A stretch of 63,975 bases of DNA, filler included, from Choristocarpus tenellus KU-1152 (GCA_964200185.2; 14 parts of 14 records of this genome joined end to end with filler, not necessarily neighbours in it); one strand, 5' to 3'; shown: positions 35,924-49,484, counted from the whole stretch's first letter. Notes: generated by a model from the letters alone, not told the origin. Made by a program: numbers and translations.

Positions 35924-38509
35924 CCAGATACTTTGAGCCATTATCAGACCGCACACACATGACCCGAGAGGGAGCATTATCAGCCCGGATATCGGCCAGG
36001 TACTTCTTGACGGCTTTGGCGGCATTAGACTTAGCATGAAGGAAATGCAACCAAACAATACGAGAATAGTCATCCCGGAATATCATGGTGTATTGTTTAC
36101 CGCCGATTGAAAGTGTAGCCCTCTTCCCACTTAGATTGACAAAAACCCGACCCAACTTTCTCACCGCCCTTGTAGACGTGCTGGACTGGACACCCTTCCG
36201 TATGCCCTTGCTCATAGAGCAGCCCGCACATGGCTCCAGCTCACCCACCAATGTAATGCCCATTGGAGCGGCGGTGAACTTGAGCAATGCCTCGTGTGCG
36301 TGACCATAAGAGCGATGGAAGAGGTTAATGTCGATATCAGTGTGGGGAGCGTGGGGTGGAAGCGAGGGGGCTATGGTGGCCTTCAAAGCAACTTCGACCC
36401 AGTCGCGGCAATATGTGTTGACCATGGAGGGCATAATGACAACTAGGATCTCTTGTGAAGACAAGTTTGCCATCTAGTAACGAAAATGTACTGGTTGTGC
36501 AGGTGCATTTCGCACCCATATCAGCTGCTGTTTGGCAAGCAAAAAGATTGAATCCAAGATCTGGGACATGGGCGACATTTTGGAGGAGTATCTCTACCTC
36601 CTTGTTGTCACATGAGGGAAATATGATTGTTATATCACCATGACCAGCAATGTGAAAGGAATTTTTACTGGCATTGACTACCTTTCGGTCTCCTACACAA
36701 GGCTGTAGGTAGTCATGTATGCTATCATGTTTGTCATGTGACATGAAGCCGCACTATCGAAAATCCACTCTTTTTTCTCTCGACCAACCCCAACACTTGA
36801 CACCAAACATTCGTTTTCCCCACACTTACCTGAAGCATTGCTGCTCGGAGAGTCCTCAGTGGCGGCCAGTAGTGCGTACTGCTTGTTGTCGTCACAGCTG
36901 GTCGCACTTTCCACAGTAATGTGAGGAGGTTTTGCCTCGGTCTCGTTCTTTTCTTTCCCAGACTCCACCATAGTCATAAACACCGAAGTACATGTTGTAG
37001 CATCATGGGCGCGTACACCACACATGGTGCAAGTGCGGCTTGGGCAAGCTCCCTTCTCGTGTCCATTCTTACCACACTTCTCACAAGGAGTCTTCTTGGA
37101 AACTTTAAGGGTTGGAATTAGAACCATTTTTCTTCCTTCCACCATGAAATTTACGTTTGACTCCACGACCTTCGCCATTACAATGAGACTGACTCTTCCT
37201 CTGTGATGAGCTGCTAACAACCAAAGCGTGCCTGTTCTTGTGTCTTGAGTCCTTCCCCTCATGAAGGGAAGCATATTGTTCTTTAGCAGTTTTCTCTACG
37301 TCTGCTCGAAATAGTGTCCTTTGCGGGGCCATCATGTGTATCTCGGTATCGTAATCTGGTCCAAGAGCGCTCAGAAACTGTAGGAGCGGCAGCTCGTCCG
37401 AGATGACCAGGTCCATTGATAACATCCTCCCCCGTAGCTCTTCCAACTGATTCAAGGTCAGGATCGGATTCGCCCCCTTCTCCACCTCCGAAGAGAAAAG
37501 CTCACGGAACAAATGTTGGCTATTTACCCACTGTACTAGCCATGAACCAATCATCTATTGCTCAGAAAAGCTCGCTTGGGCTTTGGTGCGTATGGCACAG
37601 AGCCCTCCCTGGTCATGGGTCCAACAAGAGCAACAGTAAGTGCATGGTAAGCCTCTTCGGCCATCCAGATATCATTCGCAGTGAAGTCGTCCGAGAGAAG
37701 TTCCTCGTAGGAGCGTTCTGGGTTGACTCGTCTTTCACTTGTCAATGCACCCAGGTTGTGGGTATATCTGCAATGCATGATGAAACGCTTCCGCCAGTCC
37801 CGGTAGTCCGAGTCGTCCAATAGTTTTGGTGCCTGGGTTCTTGATCTCTTTGTTGTAGGGCGAACAATATGTGCGCCTGACTCCAAACTCTCCGAAGAAC
37901 CGGACCTCCAGCTCGCCCCACTTCTGATGCTCAAAGCGTCCAAACTATTTCCACTTTCTGGGAAATCTTCCCTCAACATGGGTTCCATAGGACCCACTTC
38001 AATTGGTACGTGCCCAGCCAGAGGCCGTGTGCTGGGCACAGCGGCCTGGATGACGGGATTATTCCCATCGCCGACACTATCAGACTGCAACATGAGATTG
38101 CCAACATTTCTTGACGGATCCGCTACCGTCGCCATAAGCTGTCGGAATTCTTGAACAGATGGACCCTCGGCAGGAACAGGTAGCATCGCATCTCCATGTG
38201 TAGACATAATGAAATGATGGGTTAGAAACCTAAGGTTCAATATATTGTGTTAAAGTATCGCCCAAATCACCCAAGGGAATAAAGGTGATAAACCCAGCAA
38301 GATTGTTTGATGTCTGTAGAGTGATTAAAGCTAAGTGGGGCAGGCAGCACCCCATAAAATCAGAAATATTTCCTGTTGTATGAGAAATTTTCTCATATAG
38401 CTAATCACTAGTAAAAGGTTCTGATAACTTAATCACTAATGATTGTTCTCTTACTCCATATACATTTTACCGTAACTGTCCGATAGAGTTGGAAGAGTCT
38501 AATCGAACA
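35924..38509 (-). mobile_element. Ty1/Copia LTR retrotransposon 5' half (LTR, gag, protease, integrase start), frameshifted
   Basis: Two CCHC knuckles (CEKCGKNGHEKGAC), protease WIFDSAASCHM, GAG-pre-integrase FHRSYGH...CAGC, integrase DDYSR...VRSDNG; Copia domain order. A MITE B end lies at 35924-35939. Confidence 0.92.
38248..38509 (-). repeat. Copia 5' LTR (~262 bp)
   Basis: Minus strand reads TGTTCGATTAGACTCTTCCAACT...GATACTTTAACA; both ends match 59044-59290. Confidence 0.7.
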
Positions 38510-38632
38510 CTAACCAGCGCGAGCAGTGCACGNNNNNNNNNNNNNNNNNNNNNNNNNNNNNNNNNNNNNNNNNNNNTTAATTAATTAANNNNNNNNNNNN
38601 NNNNNNNNNNNNNNNNNNNNNNNNNNNNNNNN

Positions 38633-38878
38633 TGGTCCAAATGGACACCGTGGTGTAGACCCCCCCCACCCTCCCAGATACTTTGGGTCTTTTTATGTCA
38701 TTTTCCTACTCCAAAATGTTTCGGAGTAGGTAAAATGTATACGTCATGAAAAGGTGTGTCCGGAACAAGGATATAGGCACTTCCCAACAAAAACGATGGG
38801 CAAAATGAATCAAAATCGCAACATTGGATTTTGTTCCCCAAAATGGAGGAGGCCCTACTCTCTAAGATTCTTTGACTC
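38633..38878. mobile_element. MITE B end (38633-38689) abutting a truncated MITE A (38690-38878)
   Basis: Consensus matches. Confidence 0.8.
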
Positions 38879-38931
38879 CAAAATCACAATAGCACTGAAA
38901 TAGGTTACTGCCACAAACGCTTCCCCCTTCA

Positions 38932-39193
38932 GAGCGAAAGTATCTTAGAGGGTAGAGCCGCGTCCATTTAGGGTCCAAATCCAATGTTGCGATTTTGATG
39001 TAATTTTAGCTATATCATGTTTGTTGGAAGTGTCAATATACTTATTCTGGACGCACCTTTTAATAACATACACATTTTACCTACTCTGAAATATTTTGGA
39101 GTAGGAAAATGTCATAAAACCCCCGAGGGAATGAGGGAAGCCAAGCCCCAAATGGACAAACAGGGCAAAACATGTACCCTCTAAGATTCACTC
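38932..39193. mobile_element. MITE family A copy
   Basis: TIRs; TSD TTCA. Confidence 0.9.
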
Positions 39194-39451
39194 TTCAGAA
39201 CTATAAACATAAACAATACAATACAAGAATCACGTCTCAAATACAAACAAAAATGTATAAAAACCACATAAATTAGTGAATGTCATAACAAGATTACTCA
39301 CACTGGTTAGAATGCGAAAAGGAGGACATGCTATTCGCCTGTAACATGCCCCCCAGCGTAACTAGGAATACATGTTTCACGCTTACCACAGGCGATTATC
39401 ACTGTTCAGGACAATAAATATCATCTATCACCTCGAATTGCCTCATGGCGA

Positions 39452-39607
39452 CATAGGGGCTCCAGTTCCGACTCTGCCAGTTGTTTCCAATATAGAGACG
39501 CCAGTTCCGACTCTGTTCCCACTCTGCCAGTTGTTTCCAACATAGGGACTCCAGTTCCAACTCTGTTGCGACTCTGCCAGTTGTTTCCAACATAGGGGCT
39601 CCAGTTC
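39452..39607. repeat. Minisatellite (CATAGGGxCTCCAGTTCC-ACTCTG-CCAGTTGTTTCCAA), ~3.5 units
   Basis: Directly visible. Confidence 0.9.
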
Positions 39608-40512
39608 TAACTAAACCCATGGATTTCAACAATGATCGACATATCTCGTTTTTTTTTAGAATGTGGAAAGGGGTCAAGTTATTGATGAGTGGATGAGATG
39701 CATATGCGCGTTGAGCCGTCATGACTGCTACAGGAATTATCGCAATGTCTGGCCCTGGCCTGGAACCTCTCCGAATCACTGATTCCCAGCGGAACCTGCG
39801 AAGTAAACGAGCAGGGTGACACACAAAAACCAGATTGGGAATGTGAGTGTACAAATGGCGGGGAATAACTACCTAGGTGACGTCTATACCATGGCCGTCA
39901 GAAACCACTCATTTACTACTAGAGGTATGATGTTTCCCTTGGAGCCACATATACCATCACGCTAGGCCCCTCCTCCAAATTAGGAGAGGGGGCCAACGTT
40001 CCAAGACCACCCATGTAGATGACGAGGTCAAGAAGAAGGAAGTCCCATAGGCGACAAAGGTGATCCAGAACCATCCAAGGAGACCACCGAACTAGGTGAA
40101 AACATATTCCAGGCTTTCGTAGGGAGCTACCAAGAATCCTAAGTTCTGAGGTGAATACTGAGTACTCTCTCCAGTTTTAAGAGAGGCGGTAGGACCTCCG
40201 TGTTACAGCACACTCCAGAAGCTTACCTCAACAAGAGGTATAGCTCCAATCTACAGGCCTATAGATGATACTGATGCGCGTATAGGACTCTTGATGCACA
40301 AGCCGTCAAGTATGCTGGATCTCTCACTTGGATTATCATCAAATCATCGTATAAAAAGGAACTGGCCAACGGTGTCTATGACAATCGGGGACCATAATGA
40401 CCAAATCATATATGAATAGTCAAGAAGTATAAATATATCAAATCTAGGACTTCAAGGTCATAATGGTGTTTATGAAACCGCCATCAAGAAATATCGCCTG
40501 TACCAGATAGCA

Positions 40513-40979
40513 TGGGAATGTTCGTTTGCAGCAGAACATGTTGCGGGGAAGAGGAACGATTCAGCATATGTAATATCAAGACGGGATAGGGATAAGAATC
40601 ACTCTAACTCCCAACATGCTTGTCCACGTGTTGATTGGCAGGAGCAGTCCCTGGGTCTGTAAGGGGAGATGATCTGTTTGAGTGCCTTGCAGCCATGTAT
40701 GCCAGAGGATCGGTTGCGCCATCTACTCATAAGTGTTATGAGACAGGTTGGGAGCAGTGGTCTGAGTTCAGTACATATAGAGGATTGAATAGGTGGTTAG
40801 ACACCAGAACTCGAGAATGGGACGTACTGAAGGCCCTAACGGAGTTCATGTGTTTCTGTGGGTTGGAGGACGGGAAACCAAGTTGGTAAAATTAAGGGTA
40901 AGATTTCAGCAATCCATTACTACCACAAACAATTCCTTAACTTCCAACTTCCAAAGCAACACTTCATGATGTCCTCAGC
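40513..40979 (+). mobile_element. DIRS/Ngaro-like tyrosine-recombinase retrotransposon fragment (RNase H end plus YR N-terminus)
   Basis: FAAEHVAGKRNDSAYVISR fits the HVxGxxNxxADxISR RNase H motif; it is followed by SVAPSTHKCYETGWEQWSEF...IKGKISAIHYYH, a YR SAM-like domain pattern. Confidence 0.75.
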
Positions 40980-41238
40980 GAGTGAAAGTATCTTAGAGGG
41001 TACGAGTTTTGCCCTGTTAGTCCATTTCGGGCTTGGCTTCCCACGGGTTTTTAATGACATCGTACCTACTCCAAAGTGTTTCAGAGTAGGTACAATGTAT
41101 ACGTTATGAAAAGGTGTGTCCGGCACAAGGATATTGACATCTCCTATCAAACGTGATAGCCACAATTACATTAAAATTGCAAGATTGAATTTTGGCCCCC
41201 AAATGGACGTGGCACTACCCTCTGAGATGCTTTGACTC
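40980..41238. mobile_element. MITE family A copy
   Basis: TIRs; flanks AGC/AAC. Confidence 0.9.
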
Positions 41239-42042
41239 AACTTGCAATGCAGTTTTCCTCCTCAATTCCATTGCCCCCCCTACCCAATGGGTGAAATATG
41301 CTCATTTCCCACGGGCAGCACAACCTACCTTTCTATTCAATACTCAAGGAAAAATACATGACTACCACCATGGACAAAGAATAAGTCCTCCGCCCTCCAT
41401 ACTGACATAAAACCTAAGCCCACAAGCATGCCCCTTGATGTACGTTGCAGGGTAGCAACCCACCTCCTCATGGCAACGAACTCTGTGGCACTACACAAAA
41501 CAGCCTTGCGACATATTAAAATTGATTGCCATGTTAGTAAGACAATGCAACCCAACACAGCTTGAGGGCATCTTGGCAGTCTTACTGAAGATCATCTGTG
41601 TGTCATTTTTTTAATAGATCCAATATTCAACAAGGAAAGATACCCAAAGATTGATAGTGTTATAGCAAAGAGTGATTGCCCTCGCCTCTCTAGATGTACA
41701 GCCCTCTTCAACCACTATCTCCTTCCCCCTCAAGCCACTCACTGTTGTTCTACTACATAATACCGCAGAACAAAAAGTGTAACTGTCGGCATGATGGCTA
41801 CAATAAATTACACATTTACTGCACTGCACAAAGAGCATAACTGTTACAGGCGAATAGCGTGAGCGTTTCTTCTTGTATTTCAACAAAGTTTGAGCATTTT
41901 CTCCTCATGTTTTAGGAAATACGAACATTTGTAACAGACATACAGTGTGAGGATTGTTTCTCGAGTTCTGACAAGTGCAAACTATATACGATATTTAGTA
42001 ACACATAGGTTACCCTTACAGAATAAGTGATTATTTTAAGGA

Positions 42043-42224
42043 GGCTCAAAGTATCTGGGAGGGGGTGGCGGCTGTCCATTTGGAGTCAAATTTTTCGTAT
42101 AACGATTTTTGGGTGATTTGGCTGCCATACGTCGGATGGATAATGCAACTGCACTTTTCCCGATTTTGGTCCAAAATGGACACCCTCATGTAGACCCCCC
42201 CCACCCCCCCAGATACTTTAGGTC
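42043..42224. mobile_element. MITE family B full copy
   Basis: GGCTCAAAGTATCTGGGAGGGG...CCCCCAGATACTTTAGGTC. Confidence 0.9.
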
Positions 42225-42299
42225 ATTACTAAATGTTACTTCCAGTGTTCAGAATCAAATATATAACACAAAATTTGCAACCCCCATGAACAAGAAAGA

Positions 42300-42670
42300 T
42301 TTTTTTAACGTGTTCTTTTACGCGTTCATATTTTATGGGTGTATTGTCCAGACACTTCAAGGCTACCCACCAAAATCTCAAGCAAAATGGGGCAGCCTAC
42401 ACTATCTATCATTCCACTCCCGAACTTGTCCATAACTCCATTCCACCACGGTATTTTGCTGGATCCACCGGGACATTCACGGGGAACCTGCCCACCTTCT
42501 CAGGCTTTTCCATGCTAAGATGGGGAATTTTGAAGATATCGCCACCCTTGGACCCCAGCACTTCACATTAGACCCTGGTGTCTCCCAGGGGTACACATCG
42601 AACTCCTCAATTGTGGCCTCCACCAGCTCCTCAGTGTTGGTTACCCCCATGTCTTCCTTCAGTTCCTGGA
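42300..42670 (-). mobile_element. DD39D mariner 3' fragment, paralog of 11880-12280
   Basis: MGVTNTEELVEATIEEFDVYPWET...FKIPHL; shared TTTTATGGGTGTATTGT flank. Confidence 0.8.
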
Positions 42671-43249
42671 TTGAAGGAAAGGGTCAAAGTATCTGGGGGG
42701 GGGTGTCGGGGTCCGTCTTTCACCCTTTTTTCTTTTTTCACTTTTTTGGTGTGATTTGGTCGCACATGTCGGATTNNNNNNNNNNNNNNNNNNNNNNNNN
42801 NNNNNNNNNNNNNNNNNNNTTAATTAATTAANNNNNNNNNNNNNNNNNNNNNNNNNNNNNNNNNNNNNNNNNNNNGCCGTTGGATTTGAGTTGTACATCC
42901 TGGAAGGTGAGCATTGAGGGGCGCCTGTAACAGATGTTGTATCCACCATTTTTGTGCCCACATGACTCGTCTTATAGACAACAGATCACTCCCATCGATC
43001 CCTCACACCCCCACTGGTTATATAACCTCCGATTCTACACCTCCCCCCCTCTCCAACACCACCTACTCTGCTGTTGCAGTCTCCATCAAGAGCAGAAATC
43101 ATCCCTGGATAGACCTGAATCGATCTTCAGGTCTCATGTGTCAAAGGAACTGGTGAACCTTACAGGGTACCCCTCGTTATATATCGATGGGCATGTAGGG
43201 CAGAAGAGGAGTAGAAGAACTAGAAGGGGTGGTTAATCCCACACAACCA

Positions 43250-46010
43250 GGCTCAGTGGTCTGTGATGTCCTTGTCTGTTTGATGACCCTTGAGACAACA
43301 TTGTCTCAGATAGGAACACTTTAAGTAGGTAGCATCCTCAGTGCCAATAGTAGGGTTGGCGGTGCATAGCTTAACCTCCATGATCGTGGAAGGGATATCA
43401 CTGTATATGTTGTTTGATACAGTGCTGTTGCAAAGGCGCCTCCTTGGACTGGATCTAAAGTAGAGAGGGCTTGAGTAACAATGATTTGTTCAAGAATGTG
43501 TTTATTCATTTTATTGTGGAGTATTTGAGGGAAGTAGGAGAAGCAACTTTCTGATGGTGCCGGTGAAATAGAGCTGCAAGGATCATTTATCCTCCTTTAA
43601 TGGTGTAGGCGTAGTATGTGACCAGAGAAGGGGCTCTTAACACAATGCCGTCCCATGCACCCACATCGTTTGGAGGGCATCTTTGACTTCCTCGTGCTGA
43701 ATCAGTTCCTTTGATGGGATCTCTCTTCCTCCACATCACTCCAAGGATGTAATTTTGGAGATAGGAGGTTGCAGGAAGGACACTGTCTTCTAATTGAAAC
43801 TAATTATTGGGTGTTAGAGAGTGACCAATGAAACAGTTTGACTCCTGGTTTGAATACATGTCTTTGTATAGTGGATATCTTTATTCGGAGGGAATTTTTG
43901 GTTTTGCATTTTGTTCCGAAATAGTAATGAATCCGTTCCAAGAAGTGGAACCGAAAATGCGGTCTTTTTCCGCCCCATTTACAGTGACTACGCTGCGCCC
44001 CGCGATGGGTACAACACCCCCCCATGGTCACACAACATCTAGCGCCTCGTCAAGAGACAGATGACTCTCGCTTTGATCCAAAGTATCTGGGAGGGGGAGA
44101 GGGTCTATACCATGGTGTCCATTTGGACCAAAATCAGGAAAAGTGCACTTACATTATCCATCCGACGTGTATGCAACCATATCACACAATAATCGCGACA
44201 TAAAAACATTGACCCCAAGTGGACAGTCGCCACCCCCCCCCCCAGATACGTTGAGCCTTTGCCTCCACAGTAAACTTTGATGTGAGACCATCGACGCCGA
44301 GTGGTACTGGGAGTGGTACGCGGAGACTTTTCTCTGCGCAGTCAAAGAAAAGATGCCGTGGTTGGAGGGTAAGGAGGTGATCCCACAGCTGGATGGAGCG
44401 ATCCCTATACGGGATAAGAGACCCTGCGAACATTGAGGTCCACAGTGACTTCGGGTATTTCACAATGAGGACACTGGTTGACAAGAAATAACTCCAAACT
44501 GAAAAAAAATTACATGACCCATTACACTGTGGGTGGTTTCCAAGTTGACCACAACCATGGCTACTGAAGGGAAAGGATGGTACCACTGCAACAGATTTCG
44601 TGCCACTCGTCTGGGAGGGTGGATGCAGAAACGCGAAGGGACCAAAGCCACTGTGCAACACCAGGGCTTGTGACTGTGACTTCACTTTGTAAACCAGCAG
44701 GAATCAGCAACGAATTGAGGTTACAGAGATTGCAGGAAGTGAGTGATTGGGGGGAGCACAATAGGAGCAGCAGTGCATGATGCAGGCTAGCGCTGAAACA
44801 ATCCGTGAATTGGTAGCAGCTATGGTCAAGTTCCGATGGGACATATGGTCTCTTTAACTCAGGATGTCTAAGAGTCTGAACCGTGTGCAGGTATATTATA
44901 CTGGGGATTGGGGAGCATTTACTTCAACAAGTTGACTATTTCCCTCTTTCTCCTGCCTGCGAGGGGCTGGCGGTGGATAAGGGAAGGGAATGTGGATACT
45001 ACACACACGCATACAATGCAATATTGAGGTTAGGCGAGTAAATATATAATTCAAGGCTACTGCTATGAAAGGATTGTGAAGGAAAGTTGGCTATGGTACA
45101 GCGATGGACCTGTCTCTGCAGTTGATCAGAAGGTGGCTAGGAACATTGGTCAATAGGTCTCTGGTTTACGAAGAATCACCATCCTCCAACGATCCCACAG
45201 GAGAATAGTCGCTAAATTATTGGGGAGGGTGTGAGCTGTTGGGCAAGGAAAGATAAAGCACGGGAAAGTGTCAATGGGACAGAGCAACAACATGATTTGC
45301 TAAATGGAAGCTCTGGAGGTATGGGAAACTAAGCTATTGTGCTGATATTTGCTTTTGCTTTGTGCAAGAATGATGCGATCTGGTGTGCATATATTGAACC
45401 CTTTGGCGAGCTGTTTGTGCTGGGGAAACATACACCTCAGTCACCATAATGATATAGTGCCACCTTCATAGAGCTTCACAGGTCTGTAACTGAGCAAAGA
45501 CATGGGCATGTGTTTAGTATAGTGGCAGACAGTGGCAGAAATGGGAGAATGAAGGAATGTGGGGATGACAGAGCAAGACACAGTTCGGGAGCCATTTTTA
45601 TCCTCAACCTAGGACCGGCTCAGGGCCAACGCCCAGATTACACTGATCAAGACAATTTCCCAGGAGGATTAAAGAACCTTGTGCAGGTGGGAGGATGTGA
45701 TTAATTATGTGTGATGGGAATAATGGTACATGAAAGGGTACGGTAGTGCCTGCCTGAGATAAGGCAGGTGCGCTGAGGATGTGTGAGTGGCATCTATATC
45801 CAGGACCTGGTGGAGGCTGTGAGACTTTGGAACGGCAGATCATGACAGGTGCCAGGACGATGTTCAAGTGAGGAGAAAGTGGGAAGAAGTAGTCGTGTGT
45901 GGTGGGGGTAGCATTAAATTGAAGGGGCTTGTGGTGCCTGGTTGTGATGAGTCTGTGTTGATTGGGGTGTGTGGGTGATGCATCTGTATTAATCACTAAC
46001 TGCTGATTCA
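43250..46010 (-). mobile_element. Heavily decayed, probably non-LTR retrotransposon sequence
   Basis: Long C/A-rich minus-strand pseudo-coding stretches; LVINTDAS resembles an RNase H first motif. Weak. Confidence 0.3.
44075..44257. mobile_element. MITE family B full copy
   Basis: TIRs CAAAGTATCTGGG / CCCAGATACGTTGAGCC; TTT on both flanks. Confidence 0.9.
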
Positions 46011-46441
46011 CATACGTAACTCCTATAGAGTGTCCTTGATCACTTTAATATATGATACTTGATTAGAATCAAAGCGTGTGTGCAGCACACACAACGTGGG
46101 AAGTGTATCAAGAAAAAATTGTGGCAGAGTGCCTGTTTGCATATATTATATGCGCGAAAAAAAGAGGAAGTCAAATTTCGCACTTTTTTGGGGGGGTAAA
46201 TTGAACCTTAGTAGTTTTGAGCGATTTAATTGGAGAAATTTCACAGCACTTCATGTCAAGCTAAGAAGTTGCTACCAAGGAGTTGTGGCAGCTATGTAGT
46301 GTTATCGCACTACAGCTGCTCTTGTCTGAATATGTTTCCCAATAATGCATTCTCATTGAATAAAGAATAAATGAGATTAATTTTTCGTTGTGAATATTAT
46401 CCACAAGTAGAATACAAATACAAAAGTGGTCAAGTGCAGCC

Positions 46442-46701
46442 CTGCAAAAGTATCTTAGAGGGTAGAGCCGCGTCCATTTGGGGCCAAAATCCAATGTTGC
46501 GATTTCGATGCAATTTTGGCTATTGTGTTTATTAGGAAGTGTCAATATCCTTGTTCCGGACACACCATTTCATAACATACACATTTTACCTACTCCGAAA
46601 TATTTTTGAATAGGTAAATGTCATAAAAAACCCAAGGGAATCCAAGCCCTAAATGGACACACAGACAGGGCAAAACTTGTACCCTCTAAGATATATGAAC
46701 C
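46442..46701. mobile_element. MITE family A copy (eroded ends)
   Basis: Consensus match. Confidence 0.85.
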
Positions 46702-46923
46702 CTGGTTCATGACTACTACAAGATCTCGGTATCATGCATGCACACCCTTTAAAATGCATGTTTTCATTTTTCCGATGTAGTTCTTTAGGGCAAATAACGA
46801 CATATACATGTATTTTATTATTATGCCCTCTGACATTTTGCAGATGTGTCAGGGGGGAAACAAATGAAAACTATATATATATGTTGTTATTAGCCCTAAA
46901 GAAATAAAACATCCTAAACATAA

Positions 46924-47136
46924 TGCCTGGGCCTCGACGCAACTGCTGGAACCAGCATGCCAGATCCCCCCTCAGGAATTTGAGCTCACAGTCAGCAGAT
47001 CCCTAGGGAGAGAGGAGGCCCTATCGAACAGGTGCCCAGTGGCAGGGTGCAGGAGGCAAAATGTCGACACTAGACATGCCTGCACCTGCCCCAGGGCAGG
47101 GGGACAGGTACGACAGCACACGCCAATGGTGAAACG
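46924..47136 (+). mobile_element. CRE-like LINE fragment (CCHC zinc knuckle upstream of the RLE)
   Basis: EFELTVSRSLG...RCPVAGC...DTRHACTCPRAGGQVRQH. Confidence 0.65.
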
Positions 47137-47322
47137 NNNNNNNNNNNNNNNNNNNNNNNNNNNNNNNNNNNNNNNNNNNNTTAATTAATTAANNNNNNNN
47201 NNNNNNNNNNNNNNNNNNNNNNNNNNNNNNNNNNNNTGCAGTGCACCAATCAACAGTCAGTACAAGCTGGTAGATGTGTATCATATCAACAAGAAACAAA
47301 TGAGTAACCTATGTTTTAACAG

Positions 47323-47527
47323 ACTTCCCATGGGTTTTTTTTATGGCATTTTCATACTCCAAAATGTTTCGAAGTAGGTAAAATGTGTACGTTATGAAAA
47401 AAGGTGTATCTGGCACAAGGATATTGACATCTCCTAACAAAGATGATAGTCAAATTACATCAAAATTGCAAATTTGGATTTTGGCCCCCAAATGGACGCG
47501 GCTCTATCCTATCAGATACTTTGATTC
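47323..47527. mobile_element. MITE family A, truncated
   Basis: Consensus match. Confidence 0.85.
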
Positions 47528-47727
47528 AAACAAAATAAATATGTACGGTACGGGATTTCACCATAACACCGGCTTAGGGGTCCTATCATGGACACTCCCC
47601 CGTTCACAACACCATAACCACGACAACAACTGTGTGAAACACCAACCCAAATGCCTCCCATGGTCGCTTCCAGGTAGGGGGTGCTGCCATGGAAAGGCTT
47701 AACTTTCCCGTAGGAACTATGAACGCA

Positions 47728-47919
47728 GACCCAGACTATGTGGGAGGGGGGGAGGGAGGGTTCTACAGTAGGGTGTGTCCATTCGGGCCATAACCACCAC
47801 ACGACAACTGCACCTACATTTATCGGTACGACATATGCAACCAAACCACCCAAAAATCGGGACATTCAAGAATTGTCCCCAAACGGACAACCGCCACCCC
47901 CTCCCAGATAGTTTCAACC
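47728..47919. mobile_element. MITE family B, diverged copy
   Basis: GGGTGTGTCCATT...ATGCAACCAAA...CCGCCACCCCTCCCAGATA. Confidence 0.75.
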
Positions 47920-48901
47920 AACATACGAAAGAGAAGGAAAAGATCGAAGAACGTCTCCTACCACCTATGAATGGGAAAAGAGTTTCCGACAACAACCCTA
48001 TTTCAGTACCATTGTAATTTTGCATCCATATTAATTTTTTGTAGGATATTTGTGAGGAAGAGCTTAAGTCTTACTATGTGTCTCACTCCCGATCTTTCTG
48101 AGTCTATTTTTGTTGGGGTATATGTTGCTTGCTCGTGGGTGTAGAGCAATCACCTTCATATGACAGGACGTTGTTTTTGTTCCTGACCGTGAGACGTCTT
48201 GGGTGTCTTATGATATTTATCTTCATAGTTCTGAAGGGGGGGGCAGTCTAGGCAGTACCCTATTTCAGCGATATATGTAATTTTGTTCCTGTATTCATTT
48301 TTTTGATAGTTGTTGCGAAGAGGGAGAGACTTCCTCGAGATGCTCTCTAGGGTTATTTTTTATTGTAAAGATGTTTGATACACTCTTTTTTGGTCTATAT
48401 TCACAGTTCCTAGCAACGGTGTGTAAGCCTTTCCATGACGGCACCCAATCCCTTTAAGTGACCGTGAGTCGTGGTCTTAGGGTCCTGTTCTTGCTGTGTT
48501 CTTAGTTCTGAAGGGGGGGAGTCCATGGCAATACACAAATCCAGTGCTACGACGATTTTATGTCTATATTTATGTGTGTTTATCTTTGAAGGGGTGGAGT
48601 CCTCTTAGAGACAGTACCCTACTTCTGACGTGTGTTGTGATAACTCTGAGGTAGGGGTTTTCCCTTGCAACGTGGAGTCAAATGCGGAGTGAGTGCCGCC
48701 GTGAGGTACAAGTGTCACACTAACATATCTGTCGTCAGGGCAAACGTTGGAAGGGGGGTTTTCATCCAGATTTTCTCCCTCCGCTGGATCCCCAACGCTG
48801 CCTTCTGATACATTGCACTTCTGCTGCGTTCACATGGTAGGATGAGGAGTGACATTATATTTCCTTGTCCAATCGCTCGTTTTGAACATTGAAGCAGTTA
48901 C

Positions 48902-49161
48902 GAGTGAAAGTATCTTAGAGAGTACAATTTTTGCCCTGTTTGTTTATTTGGGGCTTGGCTTCCCACAGGTGTTTTATGACATTTTCCTACTCTGATATGT
49001 TTTGGAGTAGGTAAAATGTATACGTTATGAAAAGGTGTGTCTGGAACATGCATATTGACACTTCCTAACAAACACGATATAGTCAAAATTACGTCAAAAT
49101 CGGAACATTGGACTTTGATTCCCAATTGGACGCGGCTCTACCCCCTAAGATACTTAGACTA
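48902..49161. mobile_element. MITE family A copy
   Basis: TIRs; TAC duplicated; empty paralogous site at ~32720. Confidence 0.9.
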
Positions 49162-49278
49162 TACGCTTCATGCTAGGACGGCAAGTCACAGGCGATATGT
49201 CTCTTCGTGGCGGTTTCATAAACACCATTTATGACATTGGACCTTATAGGTTTCATATAGATGTACTTCTAAACCAAT

Positions 49279-49484
49279 GAGTCAAAATATCTGAAAGGGT
49301 TTAAGCCGCGTCGATTTGGGGGGCACAATCTAATGTTGTGATTTCGATGTAATATTGTCCTTTACACTTTTACCTACTCTCTAAACGTTTTGGAGTAGGT
49401 GTATATGTCGTTAAAAAAATTGGGAAGCCAAGCCCCAAATTGACAAAAAGGGTAAAACTCACACCCTCTAAGATACTTTCACTC
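49279..49484. mobile_element. MITE family A copy with an internal deletion
   Basis: TIRs; TSD CAAT. Confidence 0.88.

Noticed and set aside
35644-36473. Linkage of the Copia element with the pogo/PHD fragments
   Set aside because: They are on different contigs separated by a spacer.
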